Positions 19,270 to 29,555 of a stretch of 64,000 nucleotides of DNA are shown here, piece by piece (position 1 is the stretch's first letter; every line of letters starts with the position of its first letter). A model generated the notes under the pieces. It was given only the letters and a program-made list of their open reading frames with translations, was not told where the DNA came from and ran no database searches. This stretch comes from a virus: positions 90,114 to 154,113 of the IMG/VR virus record IMGVR_UViG_3300030329_005426; one strand, 5' to 3'. The translations under genes and the position numbers were made by a program.

Positions 19270-20267
19270 CAGCACTTTTTCCAATCTGTAATAGCTAATT
19301 TGAGTTTAAGAGTTGAAGCAGTATTTTGATTTATAATTTCTAGGATTTCAGCAGCCTTATAACCTGCAAGTATCATTTCATTAATATCCTTTTCTTCAAT
19401 TTCTTTTGGCCACACGCAGACAGAATATCCACCCTGCTCTGCCTTTTCCATTATTTTGACTACCTCTTTATTCCGTGGCGTATTATCGAATACAAGTGTA
19501 GTCCGCGTTTTATCTAATTTGTGTAATGCCCGTGATAAGTCAGCACCTCCTACAGCTACTGCATTAGGTAAAAACATAGAATCAAATGGGCCTTCAGTGA
19601 CATATACTCGTTCTTTACGATTTATTTTATCCATACCATATACTAAAGGCTCGTCTTTAGTAAGCTTAATCGTCATATACCTGAAGCGATTATTATCAAT
19701 AGCACGGGCCTGAAAAGCAAATATACCTTGTTCGTTCTTAAACGGTATAACTATACGACCCTCAGTACCTATTATACGGTCTTCATATTCAGGTGATAAT
19801 TGTTCTAAGCTTTGAACATTATCCACCCATAGCAATTCAGATTCTGGTAACTGTCTGTTCCTAATGTATTCGCGGCCAGGATGATTAGAGTCTAAATCTT
19901 CTAGCGAGATTAAAAAATCCCACTTCATTTTAGGTTTAAATTTAGGGATAAAATCTAATTCATTGTTAGCTGCTTCTGGTCTATTTCTTCCTTGCCCTTC
20001 TTTATACTTTTCTATATTATACTGCTTGACTAAGAGTGGATCAACCTCTTTCAATAGACCATGCATATTTGTTCCGTGGCCACAGTTATGACATTTGAAT
20101 GATAAGCCGCTTTTCGTTTTATAAAGATATCCCCTTGCTTTAAATCTATTCTTATGGGAATCGCCACAAAAAGGGCAACGAAAATTATAAAGGTCATCGC
20201 CCTTCTTTGAAAATCGTTCTAATCTAGGGGAACATAAACCAGCGTACTTATGGTCTAACCAAAGCAT
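19269..20267 (-). CDS. 61: DNA primase (T4 gp61)
   Basis: CPFCGDS...CHNCG Zn finger; TOPRIM EGPFD; KDINEM. Confidence 0.93.
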   Translation of the reverse strand: MLWLDHKYAGLCSPRLERFSKKGDDLYNFRCPFCGDSHKNRFKARGYLYKTKSGLSFKCHNCGHGTNMHGLLKEVDPLLVKQYNIEKYKEGQGRNRPEAANNELDFIPKFKPKMKWDFLISLEDLDSNHPGREYIRNRQLPESELLWVDNVQSLEQLSPEYEDRIIGTEGRIVIPFKNEQGIFAFQARAIDNNRFRYMTIKLTKDEPLVYGMDKINRKERVYVTEGPFDSMFLPNAVAVGGADLSRALHKLDKTRTTLVFDNTPRNKEVVKIMEKAEQGGYSVCVWPKEIEEKDINEMILAGYKAAEILEIINQNTASTLKLKLAITDWKKC

Positions 20268-20318
20268 TCTTCACATACTCATCACAATTTTAATATATTA
20301 AATTATAACACAGATGAC

Positions 20319-20702
20319 TTAATTAAACAAGTCTTTAAGAGAAATAATTGTTGACATGAGAAATCCGATTGCTGCGCCGATACCAACAACAAACCATTTC
20401 CATTTTTCTAGGCGGGCGATTCGTTCGCTAACTTCTTTGTGCTGTATTTCATTTTCTTCGCGGAGATTATCAATTTTATCCGAAATATCTTTTTTAAAAT
20501 CAGTAATTCTTTGATGTATAATTTCGTTCTGTTTTTCGGTTGTTTGGAGTCTTGACTCATGTACGGCGAGCATCTTTTCAATATTAATTGATACTTCCGA
20601 TAGGCGATCAATAGCAACATCAAATTTATCTGCTAGTCCTACGACAGCATCAATATCTCTTTTAAGTATTTCTATTTCAACTTTAGATTCAGTGTCCGCC
20701 AT
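20319..20702 (-). CDS. coiled-coil protein with C-terminal TM
   Basis: LAVHE.RL, LEKWKWFVVGIG. Confidence 0.7.
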   Translation of the reverse strand: MADTESKVEIEILKRDIDAVVGLADKFDVAIDRLSEVSINIEKMLAVHESRLQTTEKQNEIIHQRITDFKKDISDKIDNLREENEIQHKEVSERIARLEKWKWFVVGIGAAIGFLMSTIISLKDLFN

Positions 20703-20943
20703 TGTTCTCTAGCCTTTTTATTCTTTCTTTTAAGTTATCAAGCTCGCCGGCGACATGAGGGTGTTTCTTTCGCCACTTTTCCTCATCCTTAAGAATTTTA
20801 ATATTTAGTTTTTTGGCACTCCAAGTAAACACGTTATCAACGGTTCGATAAAACCATTTTCCACATTTAGTATCTGCGAACCAACTATCTGCTGCACTGC
20901 CTAATATACTACCTGCAATATTAGAAATTAACCAAAACCACAT
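20689..20943 (-). CDS. hypothetical protein
   Basis: coupled ORF. Confidence 0.65.
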   Translation of the reverse strand: MWFWLISNIAGSILGSAADSWFADTKCGKWFYRTVDNVFTWSAKKLNIKILKDEEKWRKKHPHVAGELDNLKERIKRLENNGGH

Positions 20944-21158
20944 TAATGAACCCCTTTGTATCGTCTTTGCAATTGACCGTAGTCAATAATTTTAAGTAAA
21001 TATAATGTATCATATAATGGGAGTTCTTTATTAAACAATTCCTGTGCGTTGGTAATAGATTGTTTCATGCCTTTGAGATCCCAGTATGAAAGATCTCTTG
21101 CATGTTGAACCATAGAGTCTTTGCCCCAATTATTTTTATTTGATATCGGATTCCACAT
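20943..21158 (-). CDS. hypothetical protein
   Basis: coupled ORF. Confidence 0.55.
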   Translation of the reverse strand: MWNPISNKNNWGKDSMVQHARDLSYWDLKGMKQSITNAQELFNKELPLYDTLYLLKIIDYGQLQRRYKGVH

Positions 21159-21285
21159 CTGATCGTTCCTCTGTAGGCTTTCTTTTATACTCTTCAGGCA
21201 CTTTACCCCATCCTACTACACGATCCCAATCTCGTTGAGTATAACCTTGTGTGTCTATAATATAGTCCTTAGGTTTATTCGGCAT
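21136..21285 (-). CDS. hypothetical protein
   Basis: start MPNKPKD; YTQRDWDRVVGWG. Confidence 0.6.
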   Translation of the reverse strand: MPNKPKDYIIDTQGYTQRDWDRVVGWGKVPEEYKRKPTEERSDVESDIK

Positions 21286-21769
21286 CTTTTTTACTCGCTG
21301 GAAACATTCCAAAAGATCTAACAGACCAATAAGCAGAATACTTTTTAAATCCAGCGACTTTTGGATCAGCAGCATGCATACCTAACAGAAAAATCTTATC
21401 CGATAAAGCACGGGCCCTGACCCATTTCGTTTTACTAAAACCACCCGGATCACCAGTGCGACAATTTTTATCATAATACTTACGCAATACTGCATATAGA
21501 TGATCATGAATAACTGCTGCTCTGGCAACATCCCATGGCGCGATAACATTCCACACAACGCGGGGGACTGATGCTAGATCTGTTTTCATACCTTTTTTAC
21601 AAGTAACTCTGCCTGTCTTAGTAATATTAGCACCTACTTCCTGTAATAGTGCTATATCATCAGAGGTAATACCATGACCCTTGACGGTAAAAGATAAGCT
21701 CTTTTCCAACACCCAAGTTTTAGGTGGTGTAAACTCAGCGCTGATCTTTCCATTAAATTTACAACTCAT
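21275..21769 (-). CDS. DUF1353 family protein
   Basis: TDLASVPR, AAVIHDHLY, VR.FG. Confidence 0.85.
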   Translation of the reverse strand: MSCKFNGKISAEFTPPKTWVLEKSLSFTVKGHGITSDDIALLQEVGANITKTGRVTCKKGMKTDLASVPRVVWNVIAPWDVARAAVIHDHLYAVLRKYYDKNCRTGDPGGFSKTKWVRARALSDKIFLLGMHAADPKVAGFKKYSAYWSVRSFGMFPASKKDAE

Positions 21770-22263
21770 CTCTTCTTGCTCCCGAATAAATTGGTGACGC
21801 CGTCTAACAATCCTTTGCTTTCGGCTTCTTTATTTTTCTTTTCAGCTTCCTTGATCTTTTCTTGTTGCTCTGTTTCTAATCGATCAAGTTTCTCATTCTG
21901 TGACTTGTAATACTTTTCGTATGCTTCGATCTTAGCTTTCTGTTGTGATGTAAGCTGTTTAATCTTAGCCATATTTAGCGCTAGAATCTCATATCCTTTA
22001 TCTGTTAATCCGAAAATAACAGTTTCATAGCCTTTCTTCTCCAGTTCGGCCATCACCTTATCAATGTTCTCTTTGGTGACAATATACCACTGGATCTGTT
22101 CAAGCTCTAAAGGATCAACACCCGGAAGATCCAAAGGAACTCTTTCAATAGGAACACTAGCAATCTCTATTTGCTTAACAGAACTACAACTACTGACTAG
22201 GAGTGTAGCTAGGATTAGCAATATCGGGGCACATAGTGTTGATCTTAGATTTCCTATCCGCAT
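21766..22263 (-). CDS. outer-membrane spanin-like lipoprotein
   Basis: lipobox LVSSC, Pro-rich segment, overlaps i-spanin-like gene. Confidence 0.65.
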   Translation of the reverse strand: MRIGNLRSTLCAPILLILATLLVSSCSSVKQIEIASVPIERVPLDLPGVDPLELEQIQWYIVTKENIDKVMAELEKKGYETVIFGLTDKGYEILALNMAKIKQLTSQQKAKIEAYEKYYKSQNEKLDRLETEQQEKIKEAEKKNKEAESKGLLDGVTNLFGSKKR

Positions 22264-22678
22264 TTGCTTCTTTCTCCGTCAGGGGTTTGCCAGACAAGAT
22301 TTCAAAGCATCTCATCATATTGCTACTACCCTTGTTAATAATCTTTTGTATTGGCCTTGGCTTTGCTTGCGCCAATTTACCAATATCACGAGCACCTAAT
22401 AGCTTACTGACCTTGTTGAACTTCTTGTTCATCTCTTCGGTCTGCTTACGCGACTCTTCGAACTTCTTCATAGCATCAGTAGCAACGTCATGAGCTAGAC
22501 GAAGATCTTTCTTTGTTTGTTCGATTGTTTGTTTTTGAATTGTTACAGCTGTTTCCAGCTTTGCATTATTTGAGTGTAGTATAGCCATTTTTTCTTGTGT
22601 ATCATTATAATACCAATATCCCATACCACCCATAGCTATCATCAATACTAACATAACACCTGCCAATTTTAATCCCAT
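22190..22678 (-). CDS. inner-membrane spanin-like protein
   Basis: N-terminal TM, long coiled coil, C-terminal Cys pair. Confidence 0.65.
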   Translation of the reverse strand: MGLKLAGVMLVLMIAMGGMGYWYYNDTQEKMAILHSNNAKLETAVTIQKQTIEQTKKDLRLAHDVATDAMKKFEESRKQTEEMNKKFNKVSKLLGARDIGKLAQAKPRPIQKIINKGSSNMMRCFEILSGKPLTEKEANADRKSKINTMCPDIANPSYTPSQ

Positions 22679-22680
22679 AA

Positions 22681-23262
22681 TTAACCTCGCGATGCGGCTT
22701 GTTGTTTAGCCTTCTTAATTAATTTATCCGCTGTAGACTGTTGTGCTTTCTTTTCTTCATATCGACGGCGGCGAAGGAATGCCAAGCCATCGACCTTATT
22801 TCTCTTACGTTTATTGGTTGGATGGGCTGGCGCCCAATGAACCTTATCAGAACCAGTGCCAACTACGGCAGCACCTGTAGCATTTGTAGGTACTTCTTCT
22901 CTTAAATCAATCCATGGTTTATGTGATGATTCTTTTAATTCATTAATTTCGTGTTTTAATAGTGCTTTAAGATCGTTATCTGAATATTGTTCTAAATCGT
23001 TTTCTCGTAGTAACAATAAAGCTGCTGCGTAGTTGGCTATCCTAGATTGGCCTCCAGGAATTTTTGCTAGTAATCTTTTGAGATTAACAACCATACGGTC
23101 GAAATAACCGTATGCATTCTTCTCAGCCTCTGTCTTTGCGTTACGTATTTTTTTACCGTTTGCATCAATTAGACCAAGTCTATGGGCTTCCATCTCATTA
23201 AATGGAGTTACCAGCCGTTTTAAAAACGCATATGTAAAAACTACATCGCTTGCACGTGCCAT
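22681..23262 (-). CDS. conserved T4-like hypothetical protein
   Basis: FLKRLVTPF...LGLID.NG; EEVPTN motif. Confidence 0.75.
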   Translation of the reverse strand: MARASDVVFTYAFLKRLVTPFNEMEAHRLGLIDANGKKIRNAKTEAEKNAYGYFDRMVVNLKRLLAKIPGGQSRIANYAAALLLLRENDLEQYSDNDLKALLKHEINELKESSHKPWIDLREEVPTNATGAAVVGTGSDKVHWAPAHPTNKRKRNKVDGLAFLRRRRYEEKKAQQSTADKLIKKAKQQAASRG

Positions 23263-23654
23263 TAGATTTCCCTCAGACGTTCGACTATTAATGCATTAAG
23301 TTCCACCTCATCATCTTTAACAGTGATCCCTTCAAAACCTATCCCAGTAATTTGTGTTGGCCAGTAATTTATATAAATCAAGAATGGCTTCAAGAAATCT
23401 AGGTATTCATATAACTTAAAAACCAGCATTTTCGTACAAGCAGTTGGTTCAAACACATTGTATAATACAATAAGATGATTAAGTATTAAGCGTTCTTTCA
23501 ATTCACCAGTTTCCCGGTATCTTCGAAAAAGTCTTTTAATATACTTAATACGGTTCAAATCATCCTGAAATTCTAAGAGATCCATGCACTGTGGATTATC
23601 ATAAAACTTCATTGCGATCATACTAAAATTGGAATCATCAATATTTTCAAACAT
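23262..23654 (-). CDS. conserved T4-like hypothetical protein
   Basis: YDNPQC...EF.DDL.RIKYIKRL...LILNH. Confidence 0.8.
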   Translation of the reverse strand: MFENIDDSNFSMIAMKFYDNPQCMDLLEFQDDLNRIKYIKRLFRRYRETGELKERLILNHLIVLYNVFEPTACTKMLVFKLYEYLDFLKPFLIYINYWPTQITGIGFEGITVKDDEVELNALIVERLREI

Positions 23655-23657
23655 AAT

Positions 23658-24065
23658 TTAGAAACTACTCAATGCTGCCTTCTTCCATATATTGTTAGCT
23701 ACACAAACATAAATGTTATCGGTATCAAATTTAATCTGTCCGTGTGTTCCCGTGTCGGTATTCGAACTCGGTGTTGATCGAGTCGAAATTCTCATTACAT
23801 TGTTTGCTACTACCAATTGGTTAAGAGTTGTTACTCCTGTACTATTTAGATTGGCAGTAACAGTTGTATTGCTACCATTCAATGTAGTATTGGCGTTGAC
23901 AGTAAGCCGGTTAATAACAGTATTAGCCGGCACTGCCCCAAACAGATTTTTTAACGTAATGCTCTTAGACGCAGGAGTACCATTCGGATCGTCAACGATC
24001 AAAAGTAAATCCTCACTCGCAGACGTCGTCAGAGACGTTAGCTGTGTTACTTTTTGGTCTGCCAT
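23658..24065 (-). CDS. putative virion structural protein
   Basis: MADQKVTQL N-terminus; G.I..D...IYVCVANN.WK C-terminus. Confidence 0.65.
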   Translation of the reverse strand: MADQKVTQLTSLTTSASEDLLLIVDDPNGTPASKSITLKNLFGAVPANTVINRLTVNANTTLNGSNTTVTANLNSTGVTTLNQLVVANNVMRISTRSTPSSNTDTGTHGQIKFDTDNIYVCVANNIWKKAALSSF

Positions 24066-24088
24066 GTTAAGCCTCCCCTACGTTAAAA

Positions 24089-24748
24089 TTAAGCGCTCGC
24101 AACCGTCCAAGTGCTCATGTTGTTAGATACTGCACCGGTGATTACTAGATTAGCAAAACGTCTGGAAGAACCAGCATCGGTATTACCCCAAGCACAGAGC
24201 GAAGCTCCGCCACCGACAACCGTGATTGATTGTGCATTAACTTGGTATGTACCAGAAGCAGCACCACTACCAGCTGTTCCGCCTTGTGTCTTATATACGA
24301 AGACCAAAGTGTTATTAGCATTAATTGCTGGGTTTGCCACTGGGTTACTGTTACAAATAGCAACGGCATGGTTACCGCCAGCTGTATTAGCAATCGTAAT
24401 AGATAGGTTGTTACCACTATTACCACCTACAAACTGTACAGGCTCATTGAAGACAACATATACATTGGCGTTCGTATTACCTACTGGCGATCCACTTACA
24501 TAGATCTGAGCAACGTCTGGTACTCCACCAGATTCTTTGCTGCCAGCAGCAACGAGAACTTCGTCGCGGATCCGTCCAGAATTAGTCTGACGACGTACCC
24601 AACCTTTATCGGTTTTAATGACGTTACGCTTATACGCATTGTCGCTATCCCGGCCCAAGAAATAATAGGGCTGGTAACCAGCAATACGTCCTGCAGCATT
24701 GTTCGCACCTGCTGCGGGATGGGTGCTTTCGTTTCTAAAATCCCACAT
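24089..24748 (-). CDS. putative virion structural protein
   Basis: late promoter, strong SD, Gly/Asn/Ala-rich beta protein. Confidence 0.65.
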   Translation of the reverse strand: MWDFRNESTHPAAGANNAAGRIAGYQPYYFLGRDSDNAYKRNVIKTDKGWVRRQTNSGRIRDEVLVAAGSKESGGVPDVAQIYVSGSPVGNTNANVYVVFNEPVQFVGGNSGNNLSITIANTAGGNHAVAICNSNPVANPAINANNTLVFVYKTQGGTAGSGAASGTYQVNAQSITVVGGGASLCAWGNTDAGSSRRFANLVITGAVSNNMSTWTVASA

Positions 24749-24812
24749 GGGTTTCTCCTTTTCGCTTTTCGGTTTTCCTACTCGGCATAATAAAATGATT
24801 CAATAGTGTTAT

Positions 24813-24820
24813 TATTTATT
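24813..24820 (-). promoter_or_regulatory. T4-type late promoter variant
   Basis: AATAAATA upstream of structural gene. Confidence 0.55.
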
Positions 24821-26156
24821 TATTCTTTAATTCGTCAGAAATGAAGGCTGCATATAAATCACCTGCAACGACCTCTTCTCTGATTCCAAGACGTTTCATT
24901 GCTTTCTTAATAACATCGCGGGCATCTGCATTTTTACCTTTTTTCTTGTACAATGTATAGTAATCATCATACAACTCATCATCCCCAATCGGTACATCAT
25001 CGACGGCCTTTTTCTGTTCAACTTTGTCTTGATTACCAACAGGAATTGGTTTTTTCATCAATTTCCTTAACTTCATCAAGTCATTGCCTTTAGGTAAATG
25101 CCATGTACCTTCTTGTACACTTTCTTTATAATCCTCATCAACTTCAGTTTCCTCTTTCTTGAGGTACGGTGAATCTGGATGAACATTTTTAGTACCCGCA
25201 GGAGGTTTAACTTTCCATTTAATAGCCTGCTTCTTGGGATAGATATGGTCATGAGAATCTTTAGTTGATTCATCAACTTCAGTTTCTTCTGCAGGGAAAT
25301 AACCCATTGCTTTATGCTGAGGCCATTGTTTTTTATCAATTACCTTAACACCGGATTTCTTGTGTTTAACCATCATCTCTTTTTTCTTGTCTTTCAATTG
25401 ACGAGGTAATTCGGCCTCTTTATTCATTGATGGGCTTGGATTAGGCAATGGTCCTTTCTTACCGGAATAACCAGCTTTTTGATTTTCTTTAATAATATCC
25501 CACGCAATCTCTTCGGTGGCTAATTTAGTTGCCGTGGCGTGCCTAACCTGATCGGCTCGATCGCCATAACGTTTTTCAAAGTCCGAATTCTTTTTCATTG
25601 CTTTGACAATTTCTTCTTTGGTCTTTTCGAATAATTCTACTTCAACCTCAGCATCTAAAGCTTCTAAAAACATATCGTAATGAGATGCGTTTGTCTTTTT
25701 ACTTACGCGCCAGCTTTCTTTTTTCATCTTAGCAAGCTTGATAAGTGGCCTAACATTAGCATCCTTTTTAGGTCCCATTGCTTTCTTAATGAGATCCTTA
25801 TCTTTCGCATCCAATTTTTTAATCGACTCCTCAACTTCTTCATCTTCTTTAATTTTCTGCATCGGATCTTCGCCACCTGTCTTATCGGCTTTGCGAGCAT
25901 TCTTTGCATTTATCTCATCAATTTTAGGATCCATATCTATTTCTTCTTTATCCTTATCGCCTTTAACGGCTTTAGATATGGCCTTACGTTTCTTATGAAG
26001 GAACTTATCGGATTTATCTTTATCGCCATCGTTATCGATGTCTCCATCTTCACGATCGTCGTGCTTACCTTTAAGTTCTTCAGGGTCTACGGGATCCAGC
26101 TTTTTGGCCTCGTTCATCAGCCGGATCTGATGTTCTAGTGATCTATATTCAGCCAT
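24816..26156 (-). CDS. highly charged putative internal head protein
   Basis: DGDIDNDGD motif; repeated hydrophobic-X-E sites; Lys/Glu-rich. Confidence 0.65.
   Translation of the reverse strand: MAEYRSLEHQIRLMNEAKKLDPVDPEELKGKHDDREDGDIDNDGDKDKSDKFLHKKRKAISKAVKGDKDKEEIDMDPKIDEINAKNARKADKTGGEDPMQKIKEDEEVEESIKKLDAKDKDLIKKAMGPKKDANVRPLIKLAKMKKESWRVSKKTNASHYDMFLEALDAEVEVELFEKTKEEIVKAMKKNSDFEKRYGDRADQVRHATATKLATEEIAWDIIKENQKAGYSGKKGPLPNPSPSMNKEAELPRQLKDKKKEMMVKHKKSGVKVIDKKQWPQHKAMGYFPAEETEVDESTKDSHDHIYPKKQAIKWKVKPPAGTKNVHPDSPYLKKEETEVDEDYKESVQEGTWHLPKGNDLMKLRKLMKKPIPVGNQDKVEQKKAVDDVPIGDDELYDDYYTLYKKKGKNADARDVIKKAMKRLGIREEVVAGDLYAAFISDELKNK
25135..25286. repeat. 17-bp direct repeat encoding ETEVDE
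   Basis: TCATCAACTTCAGTTTC at 25135-25151 and 25270-25286. Confidence 0.8.
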
Positions 26157-28707
26157 TCTTTTTCTCCTGTTGCTGGATTTGCCGTGCTGTAGGGGCAATC
26201 TCTGGTTTATGAACGTAATCTTTAAATGCTACTTTAATACCACCTGGATTCTGGCCCGGCGTTTCTGAAGCGTACTTATCGCGCAATTCAGCTGTTCCTA
26301 TTTCATTTTCTTTTACTTGCGCTATATACGCATTAACTCTATCGAATCCAACTTGCTGTGATGTCTTATCTGACGACAGATCATGCATTCTAACTCCATC
26401 ATTATATATCTGTTCGATAATCGATAATTTTATACCGGTTTCATTTGCTTTCTTTTCCAGTGCCTCACTAGCATTCTTTTTTCTTACATTTGCCATTGCG
26501 GCTCTATTACGCTGACGCTGATGCCTAACACGCATTTGTTTTTCGCGATTGTCTAGGCGATCTTTCTGATCCTGCTGGCGATCTTTTAATGCACTTGGAA
26601 TTGGTGTTCGGGATTCCATTTTCCCTTTACCAATATCTATTGCAGCTTTACGATTTTGCCATACATAAGTTCCGTCAGGCTTTTTAATTTTAACACGTTT
26701 TTGATCAGCAGCGCGTTCGATATCTTCATCTTGCACTGCCTGTTGTATTTTTTTCTTAACAATATTAGCCTTAATTCTATCTGCACCTGCCTGCTGTTTT
26801 TCGGTTGGTAGTGGTGCAGCTTCTTTCAAGCCAAGTGATTTTTTAACCTTTTCAATTTCCTTAGTATATTTTTGTTGGTTCTTTGAGCCAGGTTTTTCAT
26901 TCATGGCTTTATCCATTAGACGCATTAGATCTAGAAAAGGTGTGCTATTAGTATTTACTGTTGCCTCATCAACAGAATTATTTAATGTAGCAGATGATGA
27001 AGTACCAGCTTTCTTTTTCTGTTTGACGAAATGTTTCCATCCATCTTTCTTATCCCAAGATTGTTCTGGTCGTGGGCGGCCTTGTGGTAGAGGGGCTTCA
27101 TCTGTTTTAACTGGTTTTTTCTTAAATGTTTTTGTACCATCACCAGAAGCCGTTCGCTTCATTCCACCTTCTTTAAGCTTATCGTAATGCTTATTCATAT
27201 GTTGCTGAGCAGCTTTCATACCAGCACTATTTTTAGGAAATGATTTGTGAACACTACCGGTCGCGTCTAATACATGATGTCCGTCCCTATCAGAAGAAAC
27301 ATATGGTTTCTGGGTAGCTTCTTCGACGCCTTCCATCTTAAATGTAAGAGGATTCATTTTCTTAGGCGGATTTTTACCCTTTAACGCATTATCAAATTCT
27401 TTCTTACTCATTGCCATATGATTCATTACCCGGCCTTTATCAATAGATGTACGGGCTTTATTGTATAACGACATTGCTGCCTGAGCCTGTGGAACAGTAA
27501 GTTTAACCTTTTTGCCATCTTCAAACTCAACTGGTTTCATTCCTCGCAACGATATTACCTTACGCAGCTGCATGATGAAGTTTTCAATACCTTCATCTTC
27601 GTCGCCTGTTGGATTTTTCTTAGGTCGTCCACGGCGCGCTTCTTCGAGCTCCTGCATTGCAATGAAATGATCAAGTGCTTGTTCTTTTTGACTGCGTGCC
27701 TTGCGCACGGATTTTAATCTGTTCATTTCTTTTTTCCTAATTTTTGGCATAAGGCGTCTTGCAATTCGTTTTAGTATACCTGAACCACGGCGCTTATCTA
27801 ACATTTTATCGATAGATATTTTTTGAGCGATTGATAGATTTTTATAGTTAGCACCACGATCACCAGCTAAACGTTTACGCATAAAATTAATTGCAGATTT
27901 CTTTGCTCTATATTCAAGGCGACTTTTAGGGGCCATTCTAAATTTACGCATCTTACGTAATCGTTTCATCCTTGGTGCGAGTCGTCTCATTAGTCGTCCA
28001 CGTTTAATACGTTGCTGGAAACTAAGAGCTTCATCAAACATTTCTTCCAAGTATCCAAGTTCGTCATCAGAATCGAGCTCTTCATCAAGTTCTTCTAAAT
28101 CCAAAAACTCAACAAATAAATCTAATTCTTCATCGGAAATATCTTCTTCATGAAATTCATCTTCCATGTCTATAATTTCCATTCCGTTACGAACATCATC
28201 ATATAAAGCATCTGCATCAACGCCTGGCGCTACACCTCGTTTGAAGGTATTAAAATCACCCTTAGCTGCAGAGTCTCGCATTTTTGTTGCTGACATTCCT
28301 GATACTCCTTCTCCGTCCGGATCTCGGTCTCCGGCACTAACCACTTTAACTTTATCGAAATTCCAATCCCTGCCGTTATATGTTTCAAGCATTTTCTTAA
28401 ATTCATCCACACGATCGCTACCGACAACCATAGTACAGTTATCGTATTTCTTATCTAATTCTTGGACAACTTGGCCCACATTTTTAGATCGGGAATTAAC
28501 AACGGTGCGATTACCAAATGCTCGTTTGGCATGCTTTATTTTTGATTTATAGTCGAGGGGATTCTTTTTCTTGTCTTGTGAATGAGACAAGTATATTTTT
28601 ACATCGGCCCGGTTTGTGCGGGCTTCTTTCCGCATTTTTTCCACGAGCTTTGCGTGTCCTGCGGTGGGCGGGTTCATACGCCCAAATGTAAATACAACGG
28701 ATTTCAT
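26149..28707 (-). CDS. HIGH-family nucleotidyltransferase domain fused to ~670 aa charged multi-segment tail
   Basis: FGRMNPPTAGH, VVGSDR, AG.RDPD, MSATKMR; then acidic/basic blocks. Confidence 0.8.
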   Translation of the reverse strand: MKSVVFTFGRMNPPTAGHAKLVEKMRKEARTNRADVKIYLSHSQDKKKNPLDYKSKIKHAKRAFGNRTVVNSRSKNVGQVVQELDKKYDNCTMVVGSDRVDEFKKMLETYNGRDWNFDKVKVVSAGDRDPDGEGVSGMSATKMRDSAAKGDFNTFKRGVAPGVDADALYDDVRNGMEIIDMEDEFHEEDISDEELDLFVEFLDLEELDEELDSDDELGYLEEMFDEALSFQQRIKRGRLMRRLAPRMKRLRKMRKFRMAPKSRLEYRAKKSAINFMRKRLAGDRGANYKNLSIAQKISIDKMLDKRRGSGILKRIARRLMPKIRKKEMNRLKSVRKARSQKEQALDHFIAMQELEEARRGRPKKNPTGDEDEGIENFIMQLRKVISLRGMKPVEFEDGKKVKLTVPQAQAAMSLYNKARTSIDKGRVMNHMAMSKKEFDNALKGKNPPKKMNPLTFKMEGVEEATQKPYVSSDRDGHHVLDATGSVHKSFPKNSAGMKAAQQHMNKHYDKLKEGGMKRTASGDGTKTFKKKPVKTDEAPLPQGRPRPEQSWDKKDGWKHFVKQKKKAGTSSSATLNNSVDEATVNTNSTPFLDLMRLMDKAMNEKPGSKNQQKYTKEIEKVKKSLGLKEAAPLPTEKQQAGADRIKANIVKKKIQQAVQDEDIERAADQKRVKIKKPDGTYVWQNRKAAIDIGKGKMESRTPIPSALKDRQQDQKDRLDNREKQMRVRHQRQRNRAAMANVRKKNASEALEKKANETGIKLSIIEQIYNDGVRMHDLSSDKTSQQVGFDRVNAYIAQVKENEIGTAELRDKYASETPGQNPGGIKVAFKDYVHKPEIAPTARQIQQQEKKNG

Positions 28708-28745
28708 CCTGGTTTCCCTCGAGCTAACAGGTTGTTATGTTCAAT

Positions 28746-28753
28746 TATTTATA
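28746..28753 (-). promoter_or_regulatory. T4 late promoter
   Basis: perfect TATAAATA about 40 nt before ATG. Confidence 0.8.
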
Positions 28754-29555
28754 AAATTGAAGCTCTGAAGGCTGCTTTATATGACATCTCTGGCGCTGTT
28801 ATGGCAGGCTTCAGTGTCCTATGGCTTGTCATATGATCAAACACTACAACAGAGCCAGGTTTGTGAGGGATTACGACAGATGGCCAATCATCATCAAATA
28901 GTAATAGTTCTCCCATCCAATCGGCTTTCCATACAGGATTAAGATTCAATAATACAGTTACAAATCGTCCTGGCTTTTTGTCCCAATTCTTTCTCGTGTC
29001 TTTATGAATAAAACCTATCCGTTGACCGAACCCATTATTGATTACTGCATTGTTGCGATCACCGCTATTTGAAGCCCACCTTGCATTGATGAACGATGTC
29101 CACCCTCTTTTATTGATTGCACCTATTTGATGCACATTACTTAGACCAAACCGTTCCCAATCTTCTGGTTCTCTCTCGCGGTTTATATTAGATCCCGATA
29201 TGCCTTCACCAGGACCATCAAGAGTTGCTTTACTATCAAACAACTTATCGTTTAGTAGTTTCCACAATTCCCATACAGGCTTAGATGATAAATGGCACGA
29301 ATCGTTATCCCATCCACATGGAATTCGATACATCGTAGTCTGCAATTGGTCTTTGATTTTACCTTCAGGATCAACATCGCCATACCATGGCGTATTCAAA
29401 TGGATCCCATCTCGGTTAGGTTTGTATTTAATTGGAGGTATGTTGTTGTGATTACAATAGAAGTTCTGATCCAAGGACCACTGGTAAACATTTTCTCTTA
29501 TTTCATCATCTATCAAATCATCATGCACTTCATAATCAACCATCGTCTTTTCCAT
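28749..29555 (-). CDS. 2OG-Fe(II) oxygenase
   Basis: HKD, W...W.GEL, PG.VVVFD...SH. Confidence 0.8.
   Translation of the reverse strand: MEKTMVDYEVHDDLIDDEIRENVYQWSLDQNFYCNHNNIPPIKYKPNRDGIHLNTPWYGDVDPEGKIKDQLQTTMYRIPCGWDNDSCHLSSKPVWELWKLLNDKLFDSKATLDGPGEGISGSNINREREPEDWERFGLSNVHQIGAINKRGWTSFINARWASNSGDRNNAVINNGFGQRIGFIHKDTRKNWDKKPGRFVTVLLNLNPVWKADWMGELLLFDDDWPSVVIPHKPGSVVVFDHMTSHRTLKPAITAPEMSYKAAFRASIL

Noticed and set aside
28700-28735. Small CCTG/CAGG stem in the late leader as a riboswitch
   Set aside because: Only 4 bp and no recognisable aptamer; insufficient support.
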